Shown: piece after piece, positions 17,855 to 28,130 of the stretch | Layout of the letters: the number at the start of each line of letters is the position of its first letter | How positions within the stretch are numbered: the first letter of the stretch is position 1 | Source of the DNA: Pseudomonadota bacterium | Lineage (GTDB): Bacteria; Pseudomonadota; Alphaproteobacteria; Sphingomonadales; Sphingomonadaceae | Assembly: GCA_040390165.1 (NCBI GenBank) | Contig: JAZJYW010000006.1 | Coordinates: 122,985-186,984 of the forward strand | DNA length: 64,000 bases | Direction: 5' to 3' | Translations under genes and position numbers: made by a program | The notes under the pieces: model-generated | What the model was told of the DNA's origin: nothing | Databases searched by the model: none | What the model saw: only the letters and a program-made list of their open reading frames with translations

Positions 17855-19425
17855 CCTCGCCAAGCGCCGCGACGGCCGCACGGCATCATCAAGGCAATAG
17901 TCCGATGCAAGACGACGCTCCCCTCCTCGATGCGGAGCTGCCGACCTTCGCCGATCTGCTTCTTGCCGCCGAGCGGGCGTTTCCGAGCCAGGAAGCTTTT
18001 GTCGAGGGCACGAACCGGATCACCTATGGCGAATGGGTCGATCAGTCGCTGCGGGTGGCGAGCGCTTTCGCCGACCGCGGCGTCGAGCCCGGCGCCATCG
18101 TCCTGATCGCGCTCGAGAATGGCGTCGATTACGCGATTTGTTTCGCCGCGGCGCAGCTGCTTGGCGGCATCGCGAGCGGCGTCAATCTGCGCCTCGGGCG
18201 GCGCGAGTTCGACGGAATCATCGAGCGCTCCGGCGCCGCGCTCATCATCGTCGAGGATGATGCGGCCGAGCCCAAGGCCGGCCCGCAGGTCGTGCGCCGC
18301 GCCGAGCTGGCCGGGCTTCGCCAGGCACCGAACCGGGCTGCCCCGTACGCCGGCCGTCCAGACGATGCCGCGGTCATCATCTGGACGAGCGGCACCACCG
18401 GCATGCCCAAAGGGGCCTGCTTCACCCACGACAATCTTCGCAATGCGGTGCGCACCGCCGGTCCGGTGGCGGCGCCGCTGGCCCGCAAGCTCAGCTCGGT
18501 CCCCTTCGCCCATGCCGGCTTCATGTCCAAGGGGTGGGAACAGGTCGCCTTTGGCATGACGCTGGTCGTCGCGCCGACGCCGTGGAGTGCCGACGCGATG
18601 CTGCGGATCCTCGTCGACGAGCGCATCAACATCGCCGGCGCGGTGCCGACGCAATGGACCAAATTGCTCGCGCATCCGGGACTTGGCTCCGCCGACCTGT
18701 CGCACATCACGGTCGGCATCACTGCGACGGCGCCGGCACCGCCCGAGCTCGTCGAACAGGTCTCGCGCGCGATCGGTGCGCCGTTGATCGTTCGCTATTC
18801 GATGACCGAATGCCCGTCGATGACCGGCACGCGCGTCGGCGACAGCGCCGATGTCCAGTACCGGACGGTCGGCAGGCCGCAGGTCGGCGTCGAGCTGAAG
18901 TTCTTGGACGATGATCGCAGCGAAGTGCCGGCCGGAGCTGTCGGGCGCATTGCGGTGCGATCCAAAGCCCTCACCGTCGGCTATTGGAACGACCCCGAAA
19001 AGACCGCCGAGGCGCTGATCGGCGATGGCTGGATGTTCACCGGGGATTTCGGCAGGCTCGATGACAGCGGCAACGTCATTCTCGCCGGGCGCGCCAACGA
19101 GATGTACATCCGCGGCGGCTACAACATCTATCCGATCGAAGTGGAACGCGTCATCGGCGAGATGCCCGATGTGGCCAGCGTCGCGGTGGTCGGCACGCCG
19201 GCCCCGACGATCGGCGAGATCGGAGTGGCCTTCGTCGTGCCGATGGACCCTGCCAATCCGCCTTCGCTTGAGGCGGTGCGGAGCAAGGTCCGGTCCGAGC
19301 TGGCCGATTACAAGGCGCCCGACCAGATCGTGCTGATCGACGCCCTCCCGGTCACCCCCATGATGAAAGTCGACAAGCAGGCGCTCAAGGTCCGCGCCGC
19401 GGCGCTTGAGACCACGCGTGGTTGA
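17851..19425 (+). CDS. Acyl-CoA synthetase (AMP-forming)
   Basis: WTSGTTGMPKG, YSMTE, FTGDFG, IRGGYNIYP, KVDK. ATGA overlap start (alternative 17905). Confidence 0.92.
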   Translation: MTSPSAATAARHHQGNSPMQDDAPLLDAELPTFADLLLAAERAFPSQEAFVEGTNRITYGEWVDQSLRVASAFADRGVEPGAIVLIALENGVDYAICFAAAQLLGGIASGVNLRLGRREFDGIIERSGAALIIVEDDAAEPKAGPQVVRRAELAGLRQAPNRAAPYAGRPDDAAVIIWTSGTTGMPKGACFTHDNLRNAVRTAGPVAAPLARKLSSVPFAHAGFMSKGWEQVAFGMTLVVAPTPWSADAMLRILVDERINIAGAVPTQWTKLLAHPGLGSADLSHITVGITATAPAPPELVEQVSRAIGAPLIVRYSMTECPSMTGTRVGDSADVQYRTVGRPQVGVELKFLDDDRSEVPAGAVGRIAVRSKALTVGYWNDPEKTAEALIGDGWMFTGDFGRLDDSGNVILAGRANEMYIRGGYNIYPIEVERVIGEMPDVASVAVVGTPAPTIGEIGVAFVVPMDPANPPSLEAVRSKVRSELADYKAPDQIVLIDALPVTPMMKVDKQALKVRAAALETTRG

Positions 19426-20800
19426 GCCCACGCCGCACCGCATTCTCGATGCCCGCCCCGAACGCGTTTCGATCGAGGCGTGGTGGATGCTGGCGGTGCT
19501 GCTGCTGCTCTACACGCTCTCCTTCGTCGATCGCATCGTCATCTCGATGCTGGTCGATCCGATCAAGGCGACTCTCGGACTGTCGGACGTGCAGATGGGG
19601 TTGATCATCGGCCCGGCCTTCGGCGTCGCTTATTGTATCTTCGGCTATGTTTTCGGCCTCGCCGCCGATCGCACGTCCCGACGAAAAGTGATATTCGGCG
19701 GGGTGACCCTGTGGTCGCTGTCCGCTGGCCTTAGCGGGCTCGCCGGCAGTTTCGCCGGGCTGCTGCTGTTCCGGGTCGGCGTCGGCGCGGGCGAGGCGGC
19801 GTTGACGCCCGCCGCCTATTCTATGCTGACCGATCGCTTTCCGCGGCGCCGGCTGACCACTGCGATGGCGATCTATCAGATGGGCGCCAAGCTCGGCGCT
19901 GCGCTCGCATTCGCGATCGGCGGCGTGAGCATCGCCTTCGCCGCCACGATCCAGCACAGCCATTGGCCCATCGTCGGGAATATGGAGCCATGGCAGATCG
20001 CGCTGGCACTGACCGGGCTGCCCGGCGTACTTCTCGCGCTGCTCGTCTTCACTTTCCGCGAGCCACTGCGCGGTGCATCGACAAACGCGGCGGCCGATCG
20101 TCCGCCGCTGATCCCGTTCCTGCGCAGCGAGGCTCGCGCATTGGTGCCGATGGCGATCGGCTTCGCATCGATCTCGATCACCATGTACAGCCTGACGTCC
20201 TGGGCGCCGACTTATATGAGCCGCCAGTTCGGCTGGCATCCCGCGCAATACGGGCCCGCGCTCAGCGTCATCAGCCTGGTTGGAGCCGGCTCGATGATCG
20301 TCAAGGGCATGTTCGTCGACTGGCTGTACGGCCGCGGCATGCGCGACGCGCATCTGCGCTTCTTCACCTGGCTGCTCGCCGCCACGATCCCGGTCGGAGC
20401 CGTGGCATTCTTCCTGACCGACCCATGGTGGTTCCTCATCGCTTATGGGGTCATGCAAGTGGTGGCGCTGCAGTTCGTCGTCTTCATGGGCGCCACGCTG
20501 CAGCTGTTCGTCCCGCCGACGCTGCGCGGGCAGGTGACCGGGCTGTTTCTCGGCGTGTTCACCTTTCTCGGGCTGGGCGCGGGCCCGACCTTCACTGCAT
20601 TCCTCACCGATTATGTCTTCCAGGACGAGGCCAAGCTCGGAATGTCGCTGGCAACCACCACCTGCCTGACGATCCCGCTCGCCTGGATCAGCCTGCGATA
20701 CGCTTTGACTCCGGTCCGCGCTGTCCTGGCGCGGCAAAACCGCCCTGAAATCCTGCGCGCGGAGCCTGAAAACAATGTTGACCGCGTTGCCCAGCCGTAA
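19418..20800 (+). CDS. MFS transporter, Spinster-like
   Basis: LSFVDR...LVDPIKATLGLSD, AADRTSRRK, GVGAGEAALTPAAYSM. Confidence 0.9.
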   Translation: MVEPTPHRILDARPERVSIEAWWMLAVLLLLYTLSFVDRIVISMLVDPIKATLGLSDVQMGLIIGPAFGVAYCIFGYVFGLAADRTSRRKVIFGGVTLWSLSAGLSGLAGSFAGLLLFRVGVGAGEAALTPAAYSMLTDRFPRRRLTTAMAIYQMGAKLGAALAFAIGGVSIAFAATIQHSHWPIVGNMEPWQIALALTGLPGVLLALLVFTFREPLRGASTNAAADRPPLIPFLRSEARALVPMAIGFASISITMYSLTSWAPTYMSRQFGWHPAQYGPALSVISLVGAGSMIVKGMFVDWLYGRGMRDAHLRFFTWLLAATIPVGAVAFFLTDPWWFLIAYGVMQVVALQFVVFMGATLQLFVPPTLRGQVTGLFLGVFTFLGLGAGPTFTAFLTDYVFQDEAKLGMSLATTTCLTIPLAWISLRYALTPVRAVLARQNRPEILRAEPENNVDRVAQP

Positions 20801-20801
20801 G

Positions 20802-22133
20802 ATGACCGCCTCAGCCGAGCCGTCGAGACCTTCGCCGGCGGTCGCCTGGCTGACGATCGCGGTCCTGTTCGTCTATTCGGTGTTCGCAATGGTCGATCGG
20901 CAGATCATGACGATGCTGGTCGATCCGATCCGCCGCGACCTCGGCATCAGCGACGTGCAGGCGAGCCTGTTGCTCGGCTTTTCCTTCGCGATCTTCTACA
21001 CCACGATCGGCCTCGCAATGGGCTGGATCGCCGACCGCACCTCGCGCCGGGCGCTGATCGCGGTCAGTGTCGCGCTTTGGGGTATCGCCTCCGCGGCATG
21101 CGGACTGGCCTCCAACTTCTCCGAACTGTTCGTCGCGCGGATGCTGGTGGGCGTGGGGGAAGCCGCGCTCGGGCCGGCGGCTTATTCGATGATCTCGGAC
21201 TCGTTTCCGCGCCATCGCCTGTCGCTGGCCATGTCGGTGTTCATCATGGGCGGGCTGGTCGGCGGGGCGATCGCCATCCTTGCCGGCGGCTTCGTCGTCG
21301 CGTGGAGCACCACCCACGCCAGCGTCGCGGTGCCGATCATCGGCGAACTGCATAGCTGGCGGCTGGTCTTCTTTGTCACCGGCCTGCCCGGCCCGTTCCT
21401 CGCGCTGCTCGCTTTCCTCTTCCCCGAGCCGGCCCGCCTCGGCCGCACCTCGGCTGCCGAGGCCGGCAGCACCGCGCATCTCGTCCGGTTCCTGAAAACC
21501 AATGCCGCATTGCTGGCGCTGCTGTGCATCGCTTTCGGGGCGCTGAGCATGATCGTCAATTCGACATTCGCCTGGTCGCCGACGGTGCTAGGACGCACGC
21601 TGCACGTCGCGCCCGTGCACATCGGCATGACGATCGCCGCACTGCTGATTTTCGCGGGGCTGCCCGGGCAGATCGCCACGGGATGGTGGGTGGACCGTCA
21701 GTCGGCACGGGGCGATACCACCATCAATCTGCGGATCTTCCTGTTCACTCTGCCCTTCGCGGTTCCGGCGGCGATCATCGGCTTGCTGTGGGGCAATGCC
21801 GCGGCGTTCGGCATGGGCATGATCCCGCATTATTTCTTCGCGATGACCTTCCTCGGCGTGGCCGCCGCCGCGCTCCAGCTGATCACGCCGAACGAACTGC
21901 GCGGCCGCGTTTCCGCGCTGTTCACGATGGTCATCACTTTGATCGGGTTCGGCGTCGGGCCAACGCTGGTGGCGGTATTGTCCACCGCGATCGATGCTTC
22001 GGGAATGGCGATCGGCAAGGCACTGGCGATCGTGCTTGGCGGCGCCGCCGCGACCGCTATTGTCGCGCTGGCGGCCGCACTCCCGCGGTTCCGCGAAGCG
22101 CTGCAGGTCGATCGCCTGTCGAGACAGCAATGA
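20802..22133 (+). CDS. MFS transporter, Spinster-like
   Basis: VDRQIMTMLVDPIRRDLGISD, IADRTSRR, VGVGEAALGPAAYSMISD. Confidence 0.9.
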   Translation: MTASAEPSRPSPAVAWLTIAVLFVYSVFAMVDRQIMTMLVDPIRRDLGISDVQASLLLGFSFAIFYTTIGLAMGWIADRTSRRALIAVSVALWGIASAACGLASNFSELFVARMLVGVGEAALGPAAYSMISDSFPRHRLSLAMSVFIMGGLVGGAIAILAGGFVVAWSTTHASVAVPIIGELHSWRLVFFVTGLPGPFLALLAFLFPEPARLGRTSAAEAGSTAHLVRFLKTNAALLALLCIAFGALSMIVNSTFAWSPTVLGRTLHVAPVHIGMTIAALLIFAGLPGQIATGWWVDRQSARGDTTINLRIFLFTLPFAVPAAIIGLLWGNAAAFGMGMIPHYFFAMTFLGVAAAALQLITPNELRGRVSALFTMVITLIGFGVGPTLVAVLSTAIDASGMAIGKALAIVLGGAAATAIVALAAALPRFREALQVDRLSRQQ

Positions 22134-22172
22134 GCAATGCTTAGCTTGCCGATCAGAGCGTAGGTTGGTGCA

Positions 22173-22958
22173 TCAATAGGTTCCGGTCGGGAGCGGCACG
22201 CTGGGTCCTCTGCCGAATTCGGCGGCCAGCGCGTCGGTCGCCCGCGCCAGCAGCCCCATGTCCGTGCCGACCGCCACGAACAGGCAGCCCAACTCGAGAT
22301 AGCGACGCGCGGCGGCGACATCGGCGCTCAATATGCCCGGCGCCTTGCCGGCGGCGCGGATGGCACCGATTGCCCGCGCGATCTGCTCGACTACATCAGG
22401 GTGCGAAGGCTGGCCGCGATAGCCAAGCGACGCGGACAGATCGGCCGGGCCAATGAAAATTCCATCCACCCCATCGACGGCGCTGATTTCCGCCGCCGCG
22501 GCGATGCCCGCACGGGTTTCCACCTGGACAAGGAGACAAACTTCATCATCCGCGCGCGCCAGATAATCGCTGTCGCGCCCCCAGCGCGACGCCCGGCTCA
22601 TCGCGACGCCCCGAACTCCCGCGGGCGGATAATGGCATGCCGCGACCAGTTCGGCGGCCTGCGCCGCGCTGTTTACCATCGGGATCAGCAGAGTGCGGAA
22701 GCCGAGGTCGAGATATTGCTTGATCAGCCAAGGGTCGCCCACCGGCGGGCGGGCGACAGCTTCCGCCGCGGTCTCCCCGATCGCCTGGAGCTGCGACAAC
22801 AGCATCGGGATATCCGTCGGACTATGCTCCCCGTCGAGCATCAGCCAGTCGAAACCGGCCCCGGCGCAGATTTCCGCCGTATAGGCGCTCGCCAGGCCTT
22901 GCCACAGTCCGATCTGCGCCCGCTTGTCGAGGAGCGCCTGTTTGAAACGGTTCTTCAT
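22173..22958 (-). CDS. hpaI: HpcH/HpaI class II pyruvate aldolase (4-hydroxy-2-oxo-acid aldolase)
   Basis: NRFKQAL...QIGLW, GFDWLMLDGEHSP, LLIPMV, QVET, FIGPADLSAS, VAVGTD. Confidence 0.85.
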   Translation of the reverse strand: MKNRFKQALLDKRAQIGLWQGLASAYTAEICAGAGFDWLMLDGEHSPTDIPMLLSQLQAIGETAAEAVARPPVGDPWLIKQYLDLGFRTLLIPMVNSAAQAAELVAACHYPPAGVRGVAMSRASRWGRDSDYLARADDEVCLLVQVETRAGIAAAAEISAVDGVDGIFIGPADLSASLGYRGQPSHPDVVEQIARAIGAIRAAGKAPGILSADVAAARRYLELGCLFVAVGTDMGLLARATDALAAEFGRGPSVPLPTGTY

Positions 22959-23196
22959 GCGAAGAGATTCGGCGCAAAGCCCGACCCTCGCCAGCAGAGT
23001 TTGCGTTATCGAGCGATAGCGAAAACCCATCGCCGTCATGCATCAATGCCTTGGGCGCGCGATATACCTGCCCGGCAGACGAAAAACCCATTGATAAATC
23101 CAATGTCTTGCAAAGCATCTGCGAGCTAACACTCGGATGTCGATACGCTTAGGCCAGCGGAAATTATTGATACAAGACTGCAAGAGAGGGCCGGGA

Positions 23197-24765
23197 ATGT
23201 TCCTACGCGACTTCGTGCGACGCTGCGCCGAAAAATTTCCCGATGAAATCGCCTATATCGACGCGGATCGCCGCAGCAGCTGGGCGGAGATGCACGAGCG
23301 CTCGAGCCGGCTGGCGCGCGTGTTTCAGGATCTTGGCATCGCCAAGGGGACGCGGACGGCGATCCTGTCGCACAACCGGATCGAGATCGCCGAGCATTGG
23401 TTCGCTTGCATGAAGACCGGCGCGGTTCGGGCGGGCCTGAACTGGCGCTATTCGACGCGCGAGATGATGCACGTCATCCGCGACTGCGATGCCCGCGCGA
23501 TTTTCGTCGAGGCCAAATGCGCCGCCAGCCTTGCCGAACATTATGAGGAGCTTGCCGCCGAGGGGCGGATCATCATCGGTCTCGGCGGGGCGCATGATCT
23601 GCCGCTCGACTATGACAAGCTGGTCGCAAGCACGGACGCCAATCCGGACCTGCCGCCGCTCGAAGAAGAGGCGCTGGGCGCGATCGGCTACACTTCCGGG
23701 ACCACCGGCAATCCGAAGGGCGTGCTGCTGAGCAACCGCAATTTGCTGACGTCGCTCGTCTTCAACAACATGGTCAACGGCTATACCAGGCAGGACGTGC
23801 GCGTTTACGTGACGAACCCGGCCGGCATCAACATCAACACGATGTGCATGAACATCATCACCGGAATGACGACGGTGCTGGAGAATTTCCAGGCCGAGCG
23901 GTTCCTCGATCTGATCGAGGAGCACCGCGTCACCACTGTCACCGTGGTCCCGACGATGCTGCGCCGCATCGTCGATGACGTGAAGACCGGCCATTGGGAC
24001 ACGTCGTCGCTGCGCCAGATCTGCTATGGCACGATGCCGGCGACGCCCGCGCTGATCCGCGACGCCTATGCGACGCTCGGTTGCGAGTTTCTCAACCGCT
24101 ACGGCGTTTCCGAATCGACCGGCGCGGTCGCCCTGCTCGACAATCCCGGGCACCAGCAGGCGCTGGCGGGGGACGTCGCGCTGCTGCGCTCGGTCGGCAA
24201 GGCCATGCCGCACGCCGACATCCAGATCCGCGACGAGGAGGGCAATGAAGTCCCGCGCGGCGAGCTGGGCCTGGTGTGGATCGGCGGCGACACGGTCATG
24301 CAGGGCTATCTGAACCTGCCCGAACTCAATGCGAACACCGTCTTCGGCAAATGGCTGAAGACCGGCGACTTCGGCCGGATGGACGAGCGCGGCTATGTCT
24401 TCCTCGGCGATCGCCAGCACAACATGATCGTGAGCGGCGGCTTCAACGTCTATCCGACGGCGATCGAGAACGCGCTGGCCGAGTATAAGGGCGTTGCCGA
24501 AGTCGCAGTGTTCGGCATGCCGCATCCGCAATGGGGCGAGGCGGTGGTGGCGGCCGTGACCGTTCGCGGCGACGCCAGCGTCACGCCGGAAGCGCTCGAT
24601 CGGCATTGCCGCGAGAACGTCTCCAAGTTCGAAGTGCCGAAGCACATTGCGATCCTGCCCGCGCTCCCGCGTGGGAACACCGACAAGGTCGACAAGCGCG
24701 CGATCCAGGCAATGTTCACGCAGCCAGGCAAGCTGCCCTGGGCGATCGAGAAGGAGACGGCGTGA
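23197..24765 (+). CDS. Acyl/aryl-CoA ligase
   Basis: YTSGTTGNPKG, YGVSE, KTGDFG, VSGGFNVYP, PHPQWGE, KVDK. Confidence 0.92.
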   Translation: MFLRDFVRRCAEKFPDEIAYIDADRRSSWAEMHERSSRLARVFQDLGIAKGTRTAILSHNRIEIAEHWFACMKTGAVRAGLNWRYSTREMMHVIRDCDARAIFVEAKCAASLAEHYEELAAEGRIIIGLGGAHDLPLDYDKLVASTDANPDLPPLEEEALGAIGYTSGTTGNPKGVLLSNRNLLTSLVFNNMVNGYTRQDVRVYVTNPAGININTMCMNIITGMTTVLENFQAERFLDLIEEHRVTTVTVVPTMLRRIVDDVKTGHWDTSSLRQICYGTMPATPALIRDAYATLGCEFLNRYGVSESTGAVALLDNPGHQQALAGDVALLRSVGKAMPHADIQIRDEEGNEVPRGELGLVWIGGDTVMQGYLNLPELNANTVFGKWLKTGDFGRMDERGYVFLGDRQHNMIVSGGFNVYPTAIENALAEYKGVAEVAVFGMPHPQWGEAVVAAVTVRGDASVTPEALDRHCRENVSKFEVPKHIAILPALPRGNTDKVDKRAIQAMFTQPGKLPWAIEKETA

Positions 24766-26060
24766 TGGCCACCGCACCCGACATTCGGCCGACGGTCGAC
24801 TATCGCCATCTGGTTCAGGACGGCCGGCTCCACGGCTCGCTCTACACCAGCCCGCAGATCTTCGCCGAGGAGATGGAGCAGATCTTCCATCGCGGCTGGA
24901 GCTTCGTCGCGCACGACAGCGAAATCCCGAACTCGGGCGACTTCGTCGTCCGGCGCGTCGGCACCCAGTCGCTGATCGCGTTGCGCGGCAAGGACGGCGA
25001 GGTCCGCGTCTTCTACAATCGCTGCCCGCATCGCGGCGCGACGCTGTGCCAGACCGCTTCGGGGCATCGCTCGCGGATCACCTGCCCCTACCATGCCTGG
25101 ACCTTCGCGCTGGATGGCCGGCTGATCGGGCTTCCCGACGAAGGCGCCTATCCGCCCGATTTCTCCAAGGCGGATGCCGGCCTGACGCCCGTCGCCCGGA
25201 TGGACAGCTATGGCGGTTTCATCTTCGTCAATTTGATCCCGAACCAATTGACGCTGCGCGAGCATCTCGGCCACGCCACGGAACTGATCGACGCCCTGCT
25301 CGGGCTCTCGCCCACCGGCCGCATCCAGCTCACCGCCGGGTGGATGAAGCACAAGATGCGCTCCAACTGGAAGATGATCGTCGAAAATCAGGTCGACGGC
25401 TATCACGCGCCGATGGTGCACGGTTCGCTGATCACCGCCAACCGCACCTTTGCGACCGTGCGCGACCGCAAGCCGACCTCGCCGACGCGGGTGCGCGATT
25501 TCGGCATGGGGCATTCCGATATCGACCATGCCAGCGACTATCGCGCCGCGGGGGACCGCCTGTTCCGCTGGACCGGCGGCATCGATCCCGAGCGGTTGCC
25601 GGTCTATGTCAAGGCAATGGACGACGCTTACGGCCCCGAGGACGCCCGCCGCCGGCTGATCGAGGGACCGCCGCACTCGATGCTGTTTCCCAACCTATCG
25701 CTCGCCGAAATGAACATCATGGTGATCGAGCCGGTGAGCCCGCAACATTCGATCCAGTACACCATCCCGGTCTTCCTCGAGGGTGCCGACGATCTCAATG
25801 CGCGGACGCTGCGCCGCTGCGAAGGCGCGATGGGCCCTGCCGGGATGCTGATCGCCGACGATGCCGAAATCGGCGAGCTGACCCAGATGGGCGTCGCCAA
25901 TCTGGAGCCCGAATGGATCATCCTGTCGCGCGGGCTGGGCAAGGAGGAAGTGCTCGCCAATGGCGTCAAGCTTGCCGGGCTGATGGACGAGACCAGCCAG
26001 CGCGGCTTCTGGAGCCACTATCGTGAAGTGATGGCCGCATCGCAGGAGGCAAGCCAGTGA
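24765..26060 (+). CDS. Aromatic ring-hydroxylating (Rieske) dioxygenase alpha subunit
   Basis: Rieske motif NRCPHRG...TCPYHAW; mononuclear Fe site ENQVDGYHAPMVH and DDAE. Confidence 0.94.
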   Translation: MATAPDIRPTVDYRHLVQDGRLHGSLYTSPQIFAEEMEQIFHRGWSFVAHDSEIPNSGDFVVRRVGTQSLIALRGKDGEVRVFYNRCPHRGATLCQTASGHRSRITCPYHAWTFALDGRLIGLPDEGAYPPDFSKADAGLTPVARMDSYGGFIFVNLIPNQLTLREHLGHATELIDALLGLSPTGRIQLTAGWMKHKMRSNWKMIVENQVDGYHAPMVHGSLITANRTFATVRDRKPTSPTRVRDFGMGHSDIDHASDYRAAGDRLFRWTGGIDPERLPVYVKAMDDAYGPEDARRRLIEGPPHSMLFPNLSLAEMNIMVIEPVSPQHSIQYTIPVFLEGADDLNARTLRRCEGAMGPAGMLIADDAEIGELTQMGVANLEPEWIILSRGLGKEEVLANGVKLAGLMDETSQRGFWSHYREVMAASQEASQ

Positions 26061-26551
26061 CGACCGCGACTCTCGAACGGACGGCGCTGAGCGCCGCCGC
26101 CGTCGAACAGTTCCTCTATCTCGAGGCGCGGCTTCAGGACGAGCACCGCTATGACGAATGGGAAGCCCTGTGGGCCGACGAGGGTACGCTCTATTGGGTG
26201 CCGAGGCGCCAGGGCGCCGACCCGGCCCGCGAGGTTTCCTATGTCTACGACAATCGCGCGCGGCTCGCGAGCCGCATCCGCCAGCTCAACACCGGGGTCC
26301 GCCATTCGCAGGCGCCCCAATCGGGCCTGCGCCGCCTGATCTCCAATATCGAGATGAGCGAAAATGAAGGCGAAGTCGAAGTGCAGTCTAACTTCATCCT
26401 GATCGAATCGCGGCGCGCCAATCTGACGACCTGGGCCGGGCGCACGACGCACGTGCTGGTGCCGGCAGGCGACAGTTTTCGGATCAAGCGCAAGACGGTG
26501 GTCCTCGTCAATTGCGATGAGGCGATCGACAATCTGGCGTTCCTGGTCTGA
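26057..26551 (+). CDS. Ring-hydroxylating dioxygenase beta subunit
   Basis: EQFLYLEARLQD...EWEALW...YWVP, RRLISN, IKRKTVVLVN. GTGA overlap with the alpha subunit. Confidence 0.93.
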   Translation: MTTATLERTALSAAAVEQFLYLEARLQDEHRYDEWEALWADEGTLYWVPRRQGADPAREVSYVYDNRARLASRIRQLNTGVRHSQAPQSGLRRLISNIEMSENEGEVEVQSNFILIESRRANLTTWAGRTTHVLVPAGDSFRIKRKTVVLVNCDEAIDNLAFLV

Positions 26552-27735
26552 CCGGGCGCGGCGGACTCGACGCATCGATCATCGGTCTGGGCCGCGCCGG
26601 CCTGAACCGGGAGGACGGGCGAAGTGCGGCGGAGATGGCGCGCCAGGCCGTGATCGCCGCGGCGGCGGATGCCGGGCTGGCCACGGCCGCCATCGACGGC
26701 CTCGTCATATCCCGCACCAGCGGCGCGAGCGACGCGGTGCTGGGGCTTGACCTGCAACGCGCGCTCGGCCTGCGCGACCTCAAGCTCAACCGCATCGCGC
26801 TCTGCGAGGGCGCCAGCGCGCTTGCCGCGATCCAGACGGCGGCGCTGGCCGTATCCGCCGGCCTCGCGGACGTGGTAGCCTGCGTGTTCGCCGATGCTCC
26901 CGTCACACCCGGCAAGCGGATGGGCGAGGCCTTTGGCCGGCTCAAGACCGGAGCGGGCCTGGAAGGGCTGCGCTACAGCGCCGGGCTGTTTGGCGGCGCA
27001 TCGGTCTATGCGCTCAGCGCCCAACGCTATCTGGCGCGATATCGCCTGGATGAAGAGGTCCTCGCCGATGTCGCGATCACGACGCGGGCCTGGGCTGCGC
27101 TCAATCCCGACGCATCGTTTCGCCAGCCGCTGACCCGCGAAGCCTATTTCGCCGCGCGCTATATCGCCGAACCTCTGCGCCTGTTCGATTGCGCTGCCCC
27201 GGTCAACGGCGCGGTCGCGGTGATTGTCAGCCGGCGCGATCGCGCCGCCGACGGTGCACAGCCGGCGGTGCACATCCTCGCCAGCGCCGAAGGACATCCC
27301 GGCACGCCGGACCGGCGTGGGTTCGACCGTTCGCTCGACCATGGCGGCACCATCGCCGCGCGCGTGCTGTTCGCAGCGACCGGCCTGTCCCCTGCCGAAA
27401 TCGACATCTGCCAATTCTATGATGCGTTCAGCATCGCGCCGCTGCTGGCGCTCGAAGCCTATGGCTTTTACGGCCCCGGCGAGGCGCGTCAGGCGTATGC
27501 GAACGGGGCCGCGGGCCCCGGCGGCAGCGGGATGCCGATCAACACCGGCGGGGGCCACCTCTCCGGCTATTATCTGCAGGGCATGACGCCGGTCGTCGAG
27601 GCGGTGCTGCAGGCGCGCGGCGCCGCGGGCGAGCGCCAATGCGCGCGGGCCGGAACGATCCTGGTCACCAATGACGGGGGCCGGTTCGATTACCATGCCG
27701 GCATGATTCTCGGTGCTGTGGAGCATGGCCGATGA
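26548..27735 (+). CDS. SCP-x/Ltp2-like thiolase-superfamily protein (probable retro-aldolase); probable CTG start (first ATG 26635)
   Basis: SIIGLG N-terminal strand, AEPLRLFDC, QFYDAFS, INTGGGHLSGYYLQGM, EAVLQARG. Confidence 0.85.
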   Translation: MTGRGGLDASIIGLGRAGLNREDGRSAAEMARQAVIAAAADAGLATAAIDGLVISRTSGASDAVLGLDLQRALGLRDLKLNRIALCEGASALAAIQTAALAVSAGLADVVACVFADAPVTPGKRMGEAFGRLKTGAGLEGLRYSAGLFGGASVYALSAQRYLARYRLDEEVLADVAITTRAWAALNPDASFRQPLTREAYFAARYIAEPLRLFDCAAPVNGAVAVIVSRRDRAADGAQPAVHILASAEGHPGTPDRRGFDRSLDHGGTIAARVLFAATGLSPAEIDICQFYDAFSIAPLLALEAYGFYGPGEARQAYANGAAGPGGSGMPINTGGGHLSGYYLQGMTPVVEAVLQARGAAGERQCARAGTILVTNDGGRFDYHAGMILGAVEHGR

Positions 27736-28130
27736 CCCTCCCGATCCCCGAACCCGATGCTGCCTCCGCGCACTTCTTCGCAGCGCTCGACGAGGGGAGG
27801 CTGGAAGTGCTTCGCTGCGACAAATGCGCGACGGTCCATCTCGCGGTCCTGACCTGCGACGTTTGCGGTGGCGGCGCTTTCACTGCCGAGCAAGCCAGCG
27901 GCGGAGGTACCGTATACAGTTTCACCCGGCTCCACATCGCGCATCATCCGGCATTTGCCGACCGGCTGCCGGTCTGCGGCGGCATCGTCGAGCTCGACGA
28001 AGGGCCGCGCCTGTTCGCGCCGCTGCTCGGCGAGGAGCGCGCCGCGGTTGGCACCAGGGTGCGATTCGAATTGCTGCCGGTCGGGGATCGCGCGGTCGCC
28101 GCGTTTCGCCTGATCGCGCCCGGAGAATGA
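27732..28130 (+). CDS. DUF35 Zn-ribbon/OB-fold protein (thiolase partner)
   Basis: LPIPE...CDKC...CDVC, GTVYSFT, VELDEGPR. Confidence 0.9.
   Translation: MTLPIPEPDAASAHFFAALDEGRLEVLRCDKCATVHLAVLTCDVCGGGAFTAEQASGGGTVYSFTRLHIAHHPAFADRLPVCGGIVELDEGPRLFAPLLGEERAAVGTRVRFELLPVGDRAVAAFRLIAPGE

Noticed and set aside
23089-23105. CATTGATAAATCCAATG as an FNR/FixK box
   Set aside because: Right half-site and spacing do not fit TTGAT-N4-ATCAA. It may be another operator but is unsupported.
23197-28130. Assigning ipfF/A/B/D/E gene symbols and ibuprofen as substrate
   Set aside because: Only family composition matches; gene order differs and identity cannot be measured here.
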